DNA of 64,000 nucleotides from Marine Group III euryarchaeote CG-Epi1 (lineage in GTDB: Archaea; Thermoplasmatota; Poseidoniia; MGIII; CG-Epi1), in assembly GCA_001875345.1 (NCBI GenBank), contig MIZA01000001.1:71513-135512 (forward strand), written 5' to 3'. Below, in pieces: positions 1-9,355 of this stretch. The position numbers and the translations under genes are program-made. The notes beneath the pieces were generated by a model, which was not told the DNA's origin, searched no databases, and saw nothing but the letters and a program-made list of their open reading frames with translations. Each line of letters starts with the position of its first letter. Positions within the stretch are counted from its first letter, which is position 1.

Positions 1-626
1 ATCTCAGACAGATCTGTCGATGGATTGTCTATAAGCATGACAAGAGAACTTATCACTTCGGACAAGTTGTGAGGTGCCATATTCGTAGCCATTCCAACAG
101 CAATACCTGATGAACCGTTAACCAATAAACCCGGAAGAAGACCTGGAAGAACTGAAGGTTCCTGTAAAGAACCATCGTAATTATCTGTGTAATCTACAGT
201 CTCTTCGTCAATGCCAGATAAAACTGTATCTGAAATTGTAGCCAATCGCGACTCTGTGTAACGCATGGCTGCAGCCCTATCTCCATCTATCGAACCAAAA
301 TTACCTTGACCATCTACCAAAGGATAACGTAAAGAAAAACTTTGAGCCATACGAACTAAAGTATCGTATATCGCTTGATCACCATGTGGATGATATTTAC
401 CCATGGTGTCTCCAACAATACGGGCAGATTTTTTGTAGGGCGAACGAGGGCCTGAACCCATCTCTTTCATTGCATAAAGAACTCTACGGTGAACTGGTTT
501 TAATCCATCCCTAGCGTCTGGAAGTGCTCTGCCTACAATAACTGACATTGCATAATCCAGATAGGATTTACGCATCTCTTTCTCTAAACTAATTGGCAGT
601 ACTGTGTCTGTATTTTCTTCCGTCAA
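1..626 (-). CDS. gyrA: DNA gyrase subunit A, N-terminal part (runs off window start)
   Basis: Not in the ORF track. Manual reverse-strand translation gives ...[34 protein letters not shown]...GKYHPHGD...[21 protein letters not shown] (catalytic Tyr)...[16 protein letters not shown] start at 626 is preceded by GGTGA; an alternative in-frame GTG lies at 635. Confidence 0.95.
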   Translation of the reverse strand, partial: MTEENTDTVLPISLEKEMRKSYLDYAMSVIVGRALPDARDGLKPVHRRVLYAMKEMGSGPRSPYKKSARIVGDTMGKYHPHGDQAIYDTLVRMAQSFSLRYPLVDGQGNFGSIDGDRAAAMRYTESRLATISDTVLSGIDEETVDYTDNYDGSLQEPSVLPGLLPGLLVNGSSGIAVGMATNMAPHNLSEVISSLVMLIDNPSTDLSE

Positions 627-658
627 ATTTTTCACCAAATTATTACTAAAGCTCATGA

Positions 659-1219
659 ATGTACCCCCTTAAAAGGGAGCCCCCTAGCCACATAGTGACA
701 CCTCCAGTAAACCTAGTTCTCATTAATCCCAAAAAAAATAGTGAAGTCGATGAAGATAATAGACGATTAATAGCAAGAGTTGCCCCTGTTTGCTTAGCTT
801 ATAATTTACACTTGTGGCTAGTTGATTTTGGAATAAAGGAAACGCCTCTTGACTTCGCCAGAGAAATTGCCCCTTCCACTTCAATTGGGAAAGGCGGTGA
901 AAATTTAATTAAATTGTGTGAAAAAGGAAAAGTAAAAATATCAAATTTACAGTTGCCGCAAAATATTGGATTGAAAATAATATGCACAAACCGGCCTGAG
1001 GGTGCTAGTGAGAAGGCTTTAGACGATATAATTGAGATATCCAGAGAAAAAACCATTTCTTTCATTTTTGGAACCAATAAAAGAACAAATAAAGTATTAA
1101 AAAAAATTAGAGATGAATCTTATGCACAATTAGATATTACCAAGAAAAGAATTGAATTAAGTTTGGATTCTGAAATTGGAGCCGTGTGTCACTCTTTCTT
1201 TAATTCTAGAAAAGCTTGA
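659..1219 (+). CDS. DUF531-family protein (predicted SPOUT-class RNA methyltransferase)
   Basis: [26 protein letters not shown] and [12 protein letters not shown] resemble archaeal DUF531. The true start may be GTG at 695. Confidence 0.65.
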   Translation: MYPLKREPPSHIVTPPVNLVLINPKKNSEVDEDNRRLIARVAPVCLAYNLHLWLVDFGIKETPLDFAREIAPSTSIGKGGENLIKLCEKGKVKISNLQLPQNIGLKIICTNRPEGASEKALDDIIEISREKTISFIFGTNKRTNKVLKKIRDESYAQLDITKKRIELSLDSEIGAVCHSFFNSRKA

Positions 1220-1883
1220 GAGCTTCTTCCATTCGGCCTAATTCAACACCTGTACTCTGACGGCCACATACTGCACCATTAGAATTAGCAACTATACCTG
1301 CTCCAACTAATGGAAGACCGAAATTAACAGTTCCTTCCATCAATTCAATTTGGAACACCTCTTCCATTTTTTCTTTCTCAAATGAAGATATGTCTGGATG
1401 GTATAATCCACCTTTGTTAGTAATACACCCAATCATACCTAAAGTGTCCATGTCATTAATAGATTGTGAAACCAAATTTACTTTCAATATATCTTCAGCT
1501 TTATCTTTAGCTCTTTTACCAAGTCTCTCGTTCGAGAAACCGCCTGAATCATTAACTAAAAAATTATTTCCAATCGCATTTGACCTATCGGGAAGAACTC
1601 CAAAATTAATATTATATGATTTGGAAATTTTTGAAAATTTTTCCAATTCTAAATCTGTTACAATGTTAGAAACTAAAATACCACTGTTATTCATTGCAAT
1701 TAAAGTTCCCAAAACTCTACTGCCGCCTAGAGTTATAATTTCTAATTTAGTACCAAGAGCCTCTGAAAGCTCTTCCATGTCGTCTTTAGGTATGCCAGGT
1801 GGCACTAATGTCAAATTATCATTAGTAGCACAAAAAACACCTGCATAAGGACTGTTGAAAAGATCCTTCTGAACTAAAGCCAT
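1206..1883 (-). CDS. eif6: Translation initiation factor 6 (aIF6)
   Basis: SPYAGVF, GTVNFG..VGAGIVANSNGAVCG..STGVEL; follows rpl31e as in the conserved archaeal operon. Confidence 0.95.
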   Translation of the reverse strand: MALVQKDLFNSPYAGVFCATNDNLTLVPPGIPKDDMEELSEALGTKLEIITLGGSRVLGTLIAMNNSGILVSNIVTDLELEKFSKISKSYNINFGVLPDRSNAIGNNFLVNDSGGFSNERLGKRAKDKAEDILKVNLVSQSINDMDTLGMIGCITNKGGLYHPDISSFEKEKMEEVFQIELMEGTVNFGLPLVGAGIVANSNGAVCGRQSTGVELGRMEEALKLF

Positions 1884-1886
1884 TGC

Positions 1887-2213
1887 TTATTCTGCTAAAT
1901 GGACTATAACACTACCATCTTCGAACTTTAAAGCCCTTACACGTACTTTAGAAGGAGGCTTTTCAATTCCTCTTGACCAGATGTATTGATTAACGGGAGG
2001 ATCTATGAATAATTGTTTTTCTTCACCGCTTCCAGTTCGAGCTTCTTTTGAAGTCTTAAGAATTTCGCCTTCTCTCTCAGGCTTCATGTGTCTTACAATA
2101 AAATCTTCTACAATTCGCATGGCTACTGGTGCCCTACGTGTTCTTGTCACCTTGTGTAACTTACGTAGCGGAATCGTATACAATCTTTCTTGAATTAATT
2201 CATCGTCAGCCAT
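1887..2213 (-). CDS. rpl31e: 50S ribosomal protein L31e
   Basis: ERLYTIPL, RRAPVA, FIVRHMK, VNQYIWSRGIEKPPSKVRV; contains a short internal insertion. Confidence 0.95.
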   Translation of the reverse strand: MADDELIQERLYTIPLRKLHKVTRTRRAPVAMRIVEDFIVRHMKPEREGEILKTSKEARTGSGEEKQLFIDPPVNQYIWSRGIEKPPSKVRVRALKFEDGSVIVHLAE

Positions 2214-2218
2214 CTAAA

Positions 2219-2374
2219 TCACCTGTGTAACTTTCCTCTTCTCCAAAAATGACGTTTTGGATGATTGGTGAAACGTCTGTTTGTTCTTTGGATTACCCAA
2301 GCTGGAACCCTTCTGTTACGTTTAACTAACTTATTCAATCTTAACTTTTTACCAAAAACTTTTCTGCTGGACAT
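2219..2374 (-). CDS. rpl39e: 50S ribosomal protein L39e (51 aa)
   Basis: Not in the ORF track. Manual translation: [51 protein letters not shown]. Lies between rps19e and rpl31e. Confidence 0.95.
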   Translation of the reverse strand: MSSRKVFGKKLRLNKLVKRNRRVPAWVIQRTNRRFTNHPKRHFWRRGKLHR

Positions 2375-2378
2375 TTGA

Positions 2379-2831
2379 TTAATACTTACTTAACGAAGTA
2401 ATCTCCTTTTGTAATACTTTTTTAACCTTGAAAGCGGTGTTATCTAGCATTGATTGGCCTTTAGGAGTTAAATTTCTACCACCTTTCTTTGCCTTTTCAA
2501 GAAAACCTGCAACCTCAAGTTGCTGCATAATTAATCTAAGAACTTTACGGCTACCATTTTCACTTCGGTTAGGTTTGCCGCCGCGATCTCTTGCTCCTGA
2601 ATAATGCCTTGACAAGCGCTCAGTGCCAATTGGGCCATTTACGCCGACTTTTCTCATAACTGAAGCTGTACGGAAATACCACCAGTCTGCCTGTGAAGGT
2701 GATTTCTCTTTATGGACAGCTGTTTTTGCAAATTCTGACCACTCTGGAGGTTGTATAGCGTCCTCGCTCTTAAGCGACTTTGCGAGGGCATTTACCAAGT
2801 GTTCGCCTGGAACGTCGTAGTGTGTTGTCAT
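2379..2831 (-). CDS. rps19e: 30S ribosomal protein S19e
   Basis: [45 protein letters not shown]. Confidence 0.95.
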   Translation of the reverse strand: MTTHYDVPGEHLVNALAKSLKSEDAIQPPEWSEFAKTAVHKEKSPSQADWWYFRTASVMRKVGVNGPIGTERLSRHYSGARDRGGKPNRSENGSRKVLRLIMQQLEVAGFLEKAKKGGRNLTPKGQSMLDNTAFKVKKVLQKEITSLSKY

Positions 2832-2894
2832 GTACGAAACCTCTTACAGGGATGAGGCGCCACACGGAGTGTATTATAAACTTAAGCCTAATTA

Positions 2895-3332
2895 ATGCAA
2901 ATAATGAAAGAGATTAGTGAATTTATAGAAAAACACAATACTTTAACTTTAGCCACGGAAAAAAATCATGAAGTTTTTGCAGCAGCCCTATTCTATGTCC
3001 CAGTAGATAACGGAACATCGCTTCTATTTGTAAGTAACCCAAAATCAGACCACATTGCGAACTTAGAACATAATCAAAAATGTGCAGCAACTATTCAAGA
3101 AAATAATCTAGACTGGGAAAATATAAAGGGAGTTCAAATTAAAGGAGAAATTGAAGTTGCTAATGATAGCCATTGGGAAAGTTATCTAGGTGAATTTGAT
3201 TATATATCTAAGAGTGAAACTCTTACTAAGGCTATGAAAAAGGTTAAATTATATAGACTAAAAATTAATTGGGCAAGATTTATTGATAATGCAAAAGGGT
3301 TTGGAAATAAACTAGAGCAAAATTATACTTAA
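2895..3332 (+). CDS. Pyridoxamine 5'-phosphate oxidase-like FMN-binding split-barrel protein (YhbP-like)
   Basis: TLTLAT, SNPKSDHIANL, WENIKGVQIKG, FIDNAKGFG. Confidence 0.75.
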   Translation: MQIMKEISEFIEKHNTLTLATEKNHEVFAAALFYVPVDNGTSLLFVSNPKSDHIANLEHNQKCAATIQENNLDWENIKGVQIKGEIEVANDSHWESYLGEFDYISKSETLTKAMKKVKLYRLKINWARFIDNAKGFGNKLEQNYT

Positions 3333-3556
3333 TCTGCAAACAAATTATTATTGTGGAAATACCACACTTGATAAACAAATAGGAAAATTAAAACGGCTAT
3401 TATAACAAAACCTAAAGTATTACCTAGTAGAGGAAATAAAAATAAAACAAAAAGTCCAACTACTACAGTCCATAGAAGCAAATACATCAAATATGCATGA
3501 GGTGCAAGCTCAGGATCCCTAGCTGCCTTAAAGGATAGTAGACCGAGCCAATTCAT
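3329..3556 (-). CDS. Small membrane protein (2 TM)
   Basis: 75 aa with two hydrophobic segments; downstream of the larger membrane protein on the same strand. Confidence 0.6.
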   Translation of the reverse strand: MNWLGLLSFKAARDPELAPHAYLMYLLLWTVVVGLFVLFLFPLLGNTLGFVIIAVLIFLFVYQVWYFHNNNLFAD

Positions 3557-3577
3557 TAATCAATCATCACAAGTATA

Positions 3578-4864
3578 CTAATTATGCTTTGGGGAGCGTA
3601 TAGATTCTACAAATCCTTCTGAAATTAATCCTCTTCCAGTTAGTAGATTGTAATTAACAATCAAAAGAACTAAAATTCCACTTACCAGAACAATCATGTG
3701 TGCAATTCTAGAAACTCCCTTGATACCTCCAATTAATGAGGTGTCTGCTGTTGCTAGAAAGAAGTTACTTGCACCGTAAGCTATAGTAAAAGAAATTGAA
3801 TAAAAAATAACATTATGTCTACTCATTAAACCTGTTGCTTTGCCTATGTAATGATTTGTTGGACTTAAGTGAGCCCTACGCGCTTCACCTCTTAGGACAT
3901 TAGCTGATAGTGAGTAAATTACCAACATGATTGTAATTATCATAAAAACTAAATCATAAAGAAAACTTGGATCATTATACATTGAGTAGAGAAAAACACC
4001 TGCGTGGTAAGATAAAAATCCCCAATAGCCTAAAGCAAAATATCCTGAAAATGCAGCTACCTTAGAATCGTACAAGAACTCTCTATGCATATTTTTTAGA
4101 AAATAGAATGTGACACTGCCCATTAAGCTCATCAAAAGAATCCAAAATAAAATAAAAACCGAATCAAAATTATCTGTGAAGCTTGCTATATTTTGAGAAA
4201 CTAAGATGAAGCAAAGAACGCCGATTGCCATCCAAACTAAAGGTGACAAAAGATTAAGAATTATTCCGATTTTTGATGTACTATTTTCTTCTACTTTTGA
4301 CATTTGCCTTAAAGCAATCTCTTTGAATGGAACACGCATCCACCATGCTTGTGCAAATTGCCAAACTACAAAAATGAATATGTAGCCCCATGTGAGAAAC
4401 CTTTCCATATTCTGTCCGTATGTTTCATTGTTCAAAGCTGCCCAGAAGAAACTTGAAAATACTAATGAAAGAGATATAGGAAGAATTAAGCTTGTAAAGG
4501 ATTTACTACGAGATAAATTTTTAACTTCCTCGAATCTGTTAAGTGCTGCAGTGAAAAAATAACCTAATGAGCTACCATATCCAAAGATTAAAATTAATGA
4601 TGTAGCCAAGTCTGATTTAGTATAGCTAACTATTCCGAAGAAGGTTAACAAGAAAAAAAGTACAAGGACATGATAAAGTGTTTTTTTAGAAAATAAAATA
4701 GCAATTATCTCACGCTGTGAAACAAAAGTAGACTGATTTTTAATCTCTATTTTGTCTTCTTTTATATCCTGAAATTCTACATCATCTTCAGGTAAAATAA
4801 CAATCTGATCTTCATCGGGTTCGTCCGAAATCTCTAATGACGATTTTTCATCTGAAGTAGACAT
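3578..4864 (-). CDS. Polytopic membrane protein of unknown function
   Basis: 428 aa; acidic N-terminus followed by about 10 hydrophobic helices. Confidence 0.75.
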   Translation of the reverse strand: MSTSDEKSSLEISDEPDEDQIVILPEDDVEFQDIKEDKIEIKNQSTFVSQREIIAILFSKKTLYHVLVLFFLLTFFGIVSYTKSDLATSLILIFGYGSSLGYFFTAALNRFEEVKNLSRSKSFTSLILPISLSLVFSSFFWAALNNETYGQNMERFLTWGYIFIFVVWQFAQAWWMRVPFKEIALRQMSKVEENSTSKIGIILNLLSPLVWMAIGVLCFILVSQNIASFTDNFDSVFILFWILLMSLMGSVTFYFLKNMHREFLYDSKVAAFSGYFALGYWGFLSYHAGVFLYSMYNDPSFLYDLVFMIITIMLVIYSLSANVLRGEARRAHLSPTNHYIGKATGLMSRHNVIFYSISFTIAYGASNFFLATADTSLIGGIKGVSRIAHMIVLVSGILVLLIVNYNLLTGRGLISEGFVESIRSPKHN

Positions 4865-5484
4865 TACCTATTTCTCCTACTTAACTGGGAATTTGAGTAC
4901 GACTTCTCTGTAACATACTTACAAGTTATTCTTGCTATTTCAAAAGCAAAAGCGTTACTTACTGATTTTCCTCCATGCAAAGTTATACCAATCACTCGGG
5001 CTAAATTATCTTCTAATTTAACCTTCATTCCTTTGTTGAATTCTACATCAATTTCAAATTCTTCCTTGTAAGAATGAGTTTCCTCTCCGTCGTGAACTGC
5101 AAAACGAATTTTGGAATGTGTTGCCTTTTTAGCCCAAACAATTGGATTTTCTTGTGAATAAACCTGATCCAAACGTTTGTGAGGCAATTCTATTCCTGTT
5201 ATCAAAATCAATCCATCTGGATGAGGACGAGTCTGGCCTACTTCAATGAGCACACCCCTATCTACGGTTAGCGTATCATTTACAGTTTCATTATCTATAG
5301 ATATCCTCAACTTTAATGAGATGGGAGGCTCTTCATTGACTTCTTTTGAACTAGTCGTTTGACATTCCAAACACTTTACAACTCCTTGAAAGCTAAATCC
5401 TTTTTTCGCAGAAGTTCTACTCTTAAGAACCTCATGATTATTTTCTTCGTCGCATACCTCACAAAAAAGCCAGAGTTCTTCCAT
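4864..5484 (-). CDS. HVO_0476-family archaeal zinc-finger protein
   Basis: CEVC...HEVLK...CLEC N-terminus; VWAK; duplicated beta domains. Confidence 0.75.
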   Translation of the reverse strand: MEELWLFCEVCDEENNHEVLKSRTSAKKGFSFQGVVKCLECQTTSSKEVNEEPPISLKLRISIDNETVNDTLTVDRGVLIEVGQTRPHPDGLILITGIELPHKRLDQVYSQENPIVWAKKATHSKIRFAVHDGEETHSYKEEFEIDVEFNKGMKVKLEDNLARVIGITLHGGKSVSNAFAFEIARITCKYVTEKSYSNSQLSRRNR

Positions 5485-7037
5485 TAATGTTTAAAGTGCC
5501 TCATGCCTGTAAACAACATGGCGATGTTATGCTCATCTGCAGCATCAATTACTTCTTGATCTCTAACTGAACCACCGGGTTGTATAACTGCAGTTATTCC
5601 AACTTTAGCAGCCTCATCTATTCCATCTCTAAATGGAAAAAAAGCATCTGAAGCCATGACCGTACCCTTTGAGTCCGGAATAGATTTGAAAGTAGCTATT
5701 TTTACTGAGTCAATTCTAGACATTTGCCCGGCACCTATACCTACCGTTCTCTTCCTATCTGCGAATAAAATGGCATTGCTTTTAACGTGCTTAACAACTT
5801 TCCATCCGAATTCTAATCCTTCCAATTCTTCGTTCGTAGGCTTTCTTTTTGATACCACTTTGCAATCTGAAATTGATATGCTAACCTCATCTGCCTCTTG
5901 CAATAACCACCCCCCATCCAGGGAACGCAGTGAAGGACTCCTATGATAAGACTCTAAATTACCAGTTTCCATTATTCTCAAATTCTCTTTTGAAGAAAAA
6001 ATTTCCAAGGCTTCTTTTGAATAAGAGGGAGCAATTATACCTTCTTTAAATGAGGAAATTATTTCTTCTGCTAAGGAAGCATCTACCTCTCTATTGAATG
6101 AGATTATACCGCCAAAAGCACTTTGAGGATCTGTACTCATTGCACCATTAAAAGCATCTAATAAATTTGTTGAACTAGCTACACCGCAAGGATTATTGTG
6201 CTTAACAATAACTGCTGTGGGCTCATCAAACTCCATTACGATAGCTAGAGCTGCATCAAAATCTAAAAGATTATTATAACTTAATTGCTTTCCTTGCATT
6301 TGAGCTGAATTAGCTATAGATGGAGCTGAATGTAACAAATCTGAATAAAAAACAGAAGACTGATGAGGATTTTCTCCATACCTTAAAGGAGGGCTTCCGA
6401 TTCCCGTTAGATGTAAGGAGGAGGGAAGATCTTCCTCGCCAAATCTTTGCCCGAGAACTGATTGTATAATTGAATCATATTCAGCAGTATGTCTAAATGA
6501 TTTCAAAGCCAATTGTTGTCTTTGCTCAATTGTTAAACCACCTTTTGATACTTCATCTAATATCCAATTGTAATCTCCAGGATCAGTTACAACAGAAACA
6601 CGTGAATGATTTTTGGAAGCTGCTCTGAGCAAACTGGGTCCTCCTATATCTATTTCCTCAATTAAGGAAGATAAATCAACTCCTTTGTCAGCTGCGGACT
6701 TAAAGGGATAAAGGTTACAGATTACCATATCTATTGTAGCTATGCCGTGCTCTTGCATCTGTTCTTTATCTGAATCTCGGCCTAAAATCCCTCCAAAAAT
6801 TAGAGGATGAAGTGTTTTTACACGACCACCCATCATTTCTGGAAAATTCGTGACTTCTTCAACTGGACGAACTGAAATGCCTGAATCTGAAATTACTTTT
6901 GAAGTTCCGCCAGTTGAAATGATTTCAATGCCATTTTCAGATAAACCTTTAGATAATTCTTCAATTCCAGATTTATCACTAACGCTAATCAATACTCTTG
7001 ATATTGGGCGGCGAGATAAATTATCTTTTTCTTCCAC
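5484..7037 (-). CDS. purH: Bifunctional AICAR transformylase/IMP cyclohydrolase (bacterial-type PurH)
   Basis: LISVSDK, STGGT, GGRVKTLHP, IDIGGP, LRYGENPHQ, KHNNPCG, GQMSR, SDAFFPF, RHFKH. Confidence 0.97.
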   Translation of the reverse strand: MEEKDNLSRRPISRVLISVSDKSGIEELSKGLSENGIEIISTGGTSKVISDSGISVRPVEEVTNFPEMMGGRVKTLHPLIFGGILGRDSDKEQMQEHGIATIDMVICNLYPFKSAADKGVDLSSLIEEIDIGGPSLLRAASKNHSRVSVVTDPGDYNWILDEVSKGGLTIEQRQQLALKSFRHTAEYDSIIQSVLGQRFGEEDLPSSLHLTGIGSPPLRYGENPHQSSVFYSDLLHSAPSIANSAQMQGKQLSYNNLLDFDAALAIVMEFDEPTAVIVKHNNPCGVASSTNLLDAFNGAMSTDPQSAFGGIISFNREVDASLAEEIISSFKEGIIAPSYSKEALEIFSSKENLRIMETGNLESYHRSPSLRSLDGGWLLQEADEVSISISDCKVVSKRKPTNEELEGLEFGWKVVKHVKSNAILFADRKRTVGIGAGQMSRIDSVKIATFKSIPDSKGTVMASDAFFPFRDGIDEAAKVGITAVIQPGGSVRDQEVIDAADEHNIAMLFTGMRHFKH

Positions 7038-7045
7038 GTTAAACT

Positions 7046-7714
7046 TTAGGTACTATCTGGAAGCTGTTTCAGATGTTCTCCAGATAACTCTTTTGAAAGA
7101 TAAACCGTAGTTCCTGCTTTCATTATTTCATTACCGCCAGCTTCTGCTGATTTAACATCTACAAGTAATACTATTGGTTTTCCTATTATGTGTCTACCAG
7201 CTTCTAAAGCATTTAATCTTGTACTTGATAGATGAACCATATTTCTATCACCAGGGTATAATCCATGTTCTAGATATTCTTCTGCATCTTCTTTAGAACA
7301 TGCAAAATATAGATGTTCTGGATTGCTATCTGTAGGTAAGTCTAGCTCAAGATCAAGAGTATGTGCATAAGTCGCTCTTAATCTACCATTCTTTAATTGA
7401 TATCTACCTTTTGGATCTGTTTCAACTACTGCTTGCAAATGTCTGGTTTCCAAATAGTGAAAATGTCTTCGTTGAGATTTAACTGCTTCAATAAATTCTG
7501 AAGCCTCAACCCAACCTTGCTTATCCATCTCAAGATCAAATCGGTCCGGGAAGTGACGTAAAACTCCTGCCATCATCCTTCCAAACTGGTCCAAATGTCT
7601 TGGGGAAAGTACCAAAACGCCTTCTTCTCCACTGAGAGGGCACTTTTCACCTCTGAAAAAACCATGCCCATGCTTTACTTCTTCTTTTAATGGAACTGTT
7701 GGTTTTCTGCGCAT
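7046..7714 (-). CDS. kptA: RNA 2'-phosphotransferase (Tpt1/KptA)
   Basis: LRH, DPKGRY, RATYAHT, VHLS motifs; degenerate N-terminal HGFFRGEKCP. Confidence 0.9.
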   Translation of the reverse strand: MRRKPTVPLKEEVKHGHGFFRGEKCPLSGEEGVLVLSPRHLDQFGRMMAGVLRHFPDRFDLEMDKQGWVEASEFIEAVKSQRRHFHYLETRHLQAVVETDPKGRYQLKNGRLRATYAHTLDLELDLPTDSNPEHLYFACSKEDAEEYLEHGLYPGDRNMVHLSSTRLNALEAGRHIIGKPIVLLVDVKSAEAGGNEIMKAGTTVYLSKELSGEHLKQLPDST

Positions 7715-7756
7715 AATTTTCGCAATACGAAGGTGTGTATAATATTAGGGCTGAAA

Positions 7757-9355
7757 CTAATTTTTTCTGAACGTCGTCTGAACGCTCTCTCCGTTTTCTA
7801 GAAAATTTGAACCGGCTAATTCTTCGGTCGTAGGAACATCTATTTCTAACCTACCTGCTGCAAAAATATCTTGCATTTGCTGTTCTTTACCTCTACTACT
7901 CCAGAGTGCAGCCTCGTCTCGACTGCCTAGCGTAACAAAAATAAAAACTTCTCCTGGCCTATTTCTTCCTGTTCTTCCTCTCCTTTGAATTAGTCTGATT
8001 GCAGATGAAACAGGTTCATAAAAAATAACTGCGTCTGTAGAAGGAATATCTAAACCTTCTTCGCCAACTGAAGTCGCAACTAAAATATTGTATTCTCCAT
8101 TTCGAAACTGATCCAAGATTTCTTTCTGTTGCTTTTGAGTCATACCTTTATCACCTTCTCTTGAACCTTGACCGACGAAACGAACAGGGTGAGCTCCTTG
8201 AATTTTACTTAATTTTTCAACTATAAGAGATGCCGTATGCCTTATTTCTGAAAAGATAATGAATTTAGAAGTGCCTATTTCCAATTGTAATTCTACTAGT
8301 TCAACCAATCTAGACAATTTTGGATGATTTGCTTTATTTACCTTAGCAATTTCATGAGCGACTTTCCAATCACTATTGGTTGACAGCCATTTATTGGCTC
8401 TATTACTCTTCTTTGCTTTTGCTTCATCAATAATCCTACTACTATAATCTAAAAACTGGATTATTCCTTGAGTTTCAACTGTCAAAATTGCATGAGCTGT
8501 CTTCATTGCCATCGCTTGAGTTGTCATTAAGTTGAAAATATTTGGAGGTGTAGATGGTTTCGTTTGGGCAAATCGTCTTTGTAATTTTTTACCAGCCTCA
8601 AGAATCATAGTTGTTGAAACCTTACGGGGTCTGTCCAAAAAACCCCCTTTGTACAACTTGCCACAGAGATAATCTTGTAATTTCCTTAACTGGTTCGCAA
8701 TATCTTTGACTGCACCGGGCATGTCAATCTTAACCCAGCGAGTCTTAATTGGCTGAATGTATTCAGAAACATCAGAGTCACTTTCATCTCTATTTTCTAC
8801 TGCCGTAATACCCAAATCTCTGCACAATCTAATAATTTCAGGCTTAGAGCTCCCTGGCGATGCAGTCATTCCCGTTGACAAGTGATTCTTTGCTACTTCC
8901 AAATAATGTCTACCAATCTCAACATAGGCATAATTTCCAACTGCTCTATGTGCTTCATCGAATATAACTAAAGAAAAATCCTCTAATGAGGCTCTATTTG
9001 CCTCAATGTCTTTGCTTATAACTTGAGGTGTCGATATAATTATCTGTGAACTAGACCAGAGAGGTACTCGCTCTGATGGTGAGATAGCGCCAGTGAATAA
9101 ACTAACTTCAGCGTTCAAGAATTCGTTAAAAAAATCAAAATGTTGTTGAGCTAAAGGTTTTGTTGGAGCCATAAGGAGAATTTTTCCCGACTCCAAACGT
9201 TCGAGCATTATTCTCAAAGCCACTACTGTTTTCCCCATACCGGTTGGTAAAATCACCAATGTGGATTGCTCTAAACAAGCTTTAGATATATTTGATTGAT
9301 ATAATCTATCTTCTAAACCATCTACTTTTAAAAATTTATGAGTTATTGCACTCAT
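7757..9355 (-). CDS. Hef/FANCM/Mph1-family SF2 helicase lacking the ERCC4 nuclease domain
   Basis: RLYQ, LPTGMGKT, PTKPLAQQH, DEAHRAVGNYAY, TASPG, GMTQKQQ, SVGEEGLDIP, QRRGRTGR; ORF ends shortly after motif VI. Confidence 0.9.
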   Translation of the reverse strand: MSAITHKFLKVDGLEDRLYQSNISKACLEQSTLVILPTGMGKTVVALRIMLERLESGKILLMAPTKPLAQQHFDFFNEFLNAEVSLFTGAISPSERVPLWSSSQIIISTPQVISKDIEANRASLEDFSLVIFDEAHRAVGNYAYVEIGRHYLEVAKNHLSTGMTASPGSSKPEIIRLCRDLGITAVENRDESDSDVSEYIQPIKTRWVKIDMPGAVKDIANQLRKLQDYLCGKLYKGGFLDRPRKVSTTMILEAGKKLQRRFAQTKPSTPPNIFNLMTTQAMAMKTAHAILTVETQGIIQFLDYSSRIIDEAKAKKSNRANKWLSTNSDWKVAHEIAKVNKANHPKLSRLVELVELQLEIGTSKFIIFSEIRHTASLIVEKLSKIQGAHPVRFVGQGSREGDKGMTQKQQKEILDQFRNGEYNILVATSVGEEGLDIPSTDAVIFYEPVSSAIRLIQRRGRTGRNRPGEVFIFVTLGSRDEAALWSSRGKEQQMQDIFAAGRLEIDVPTTEELAGSNFLENGESVQTTFRKN

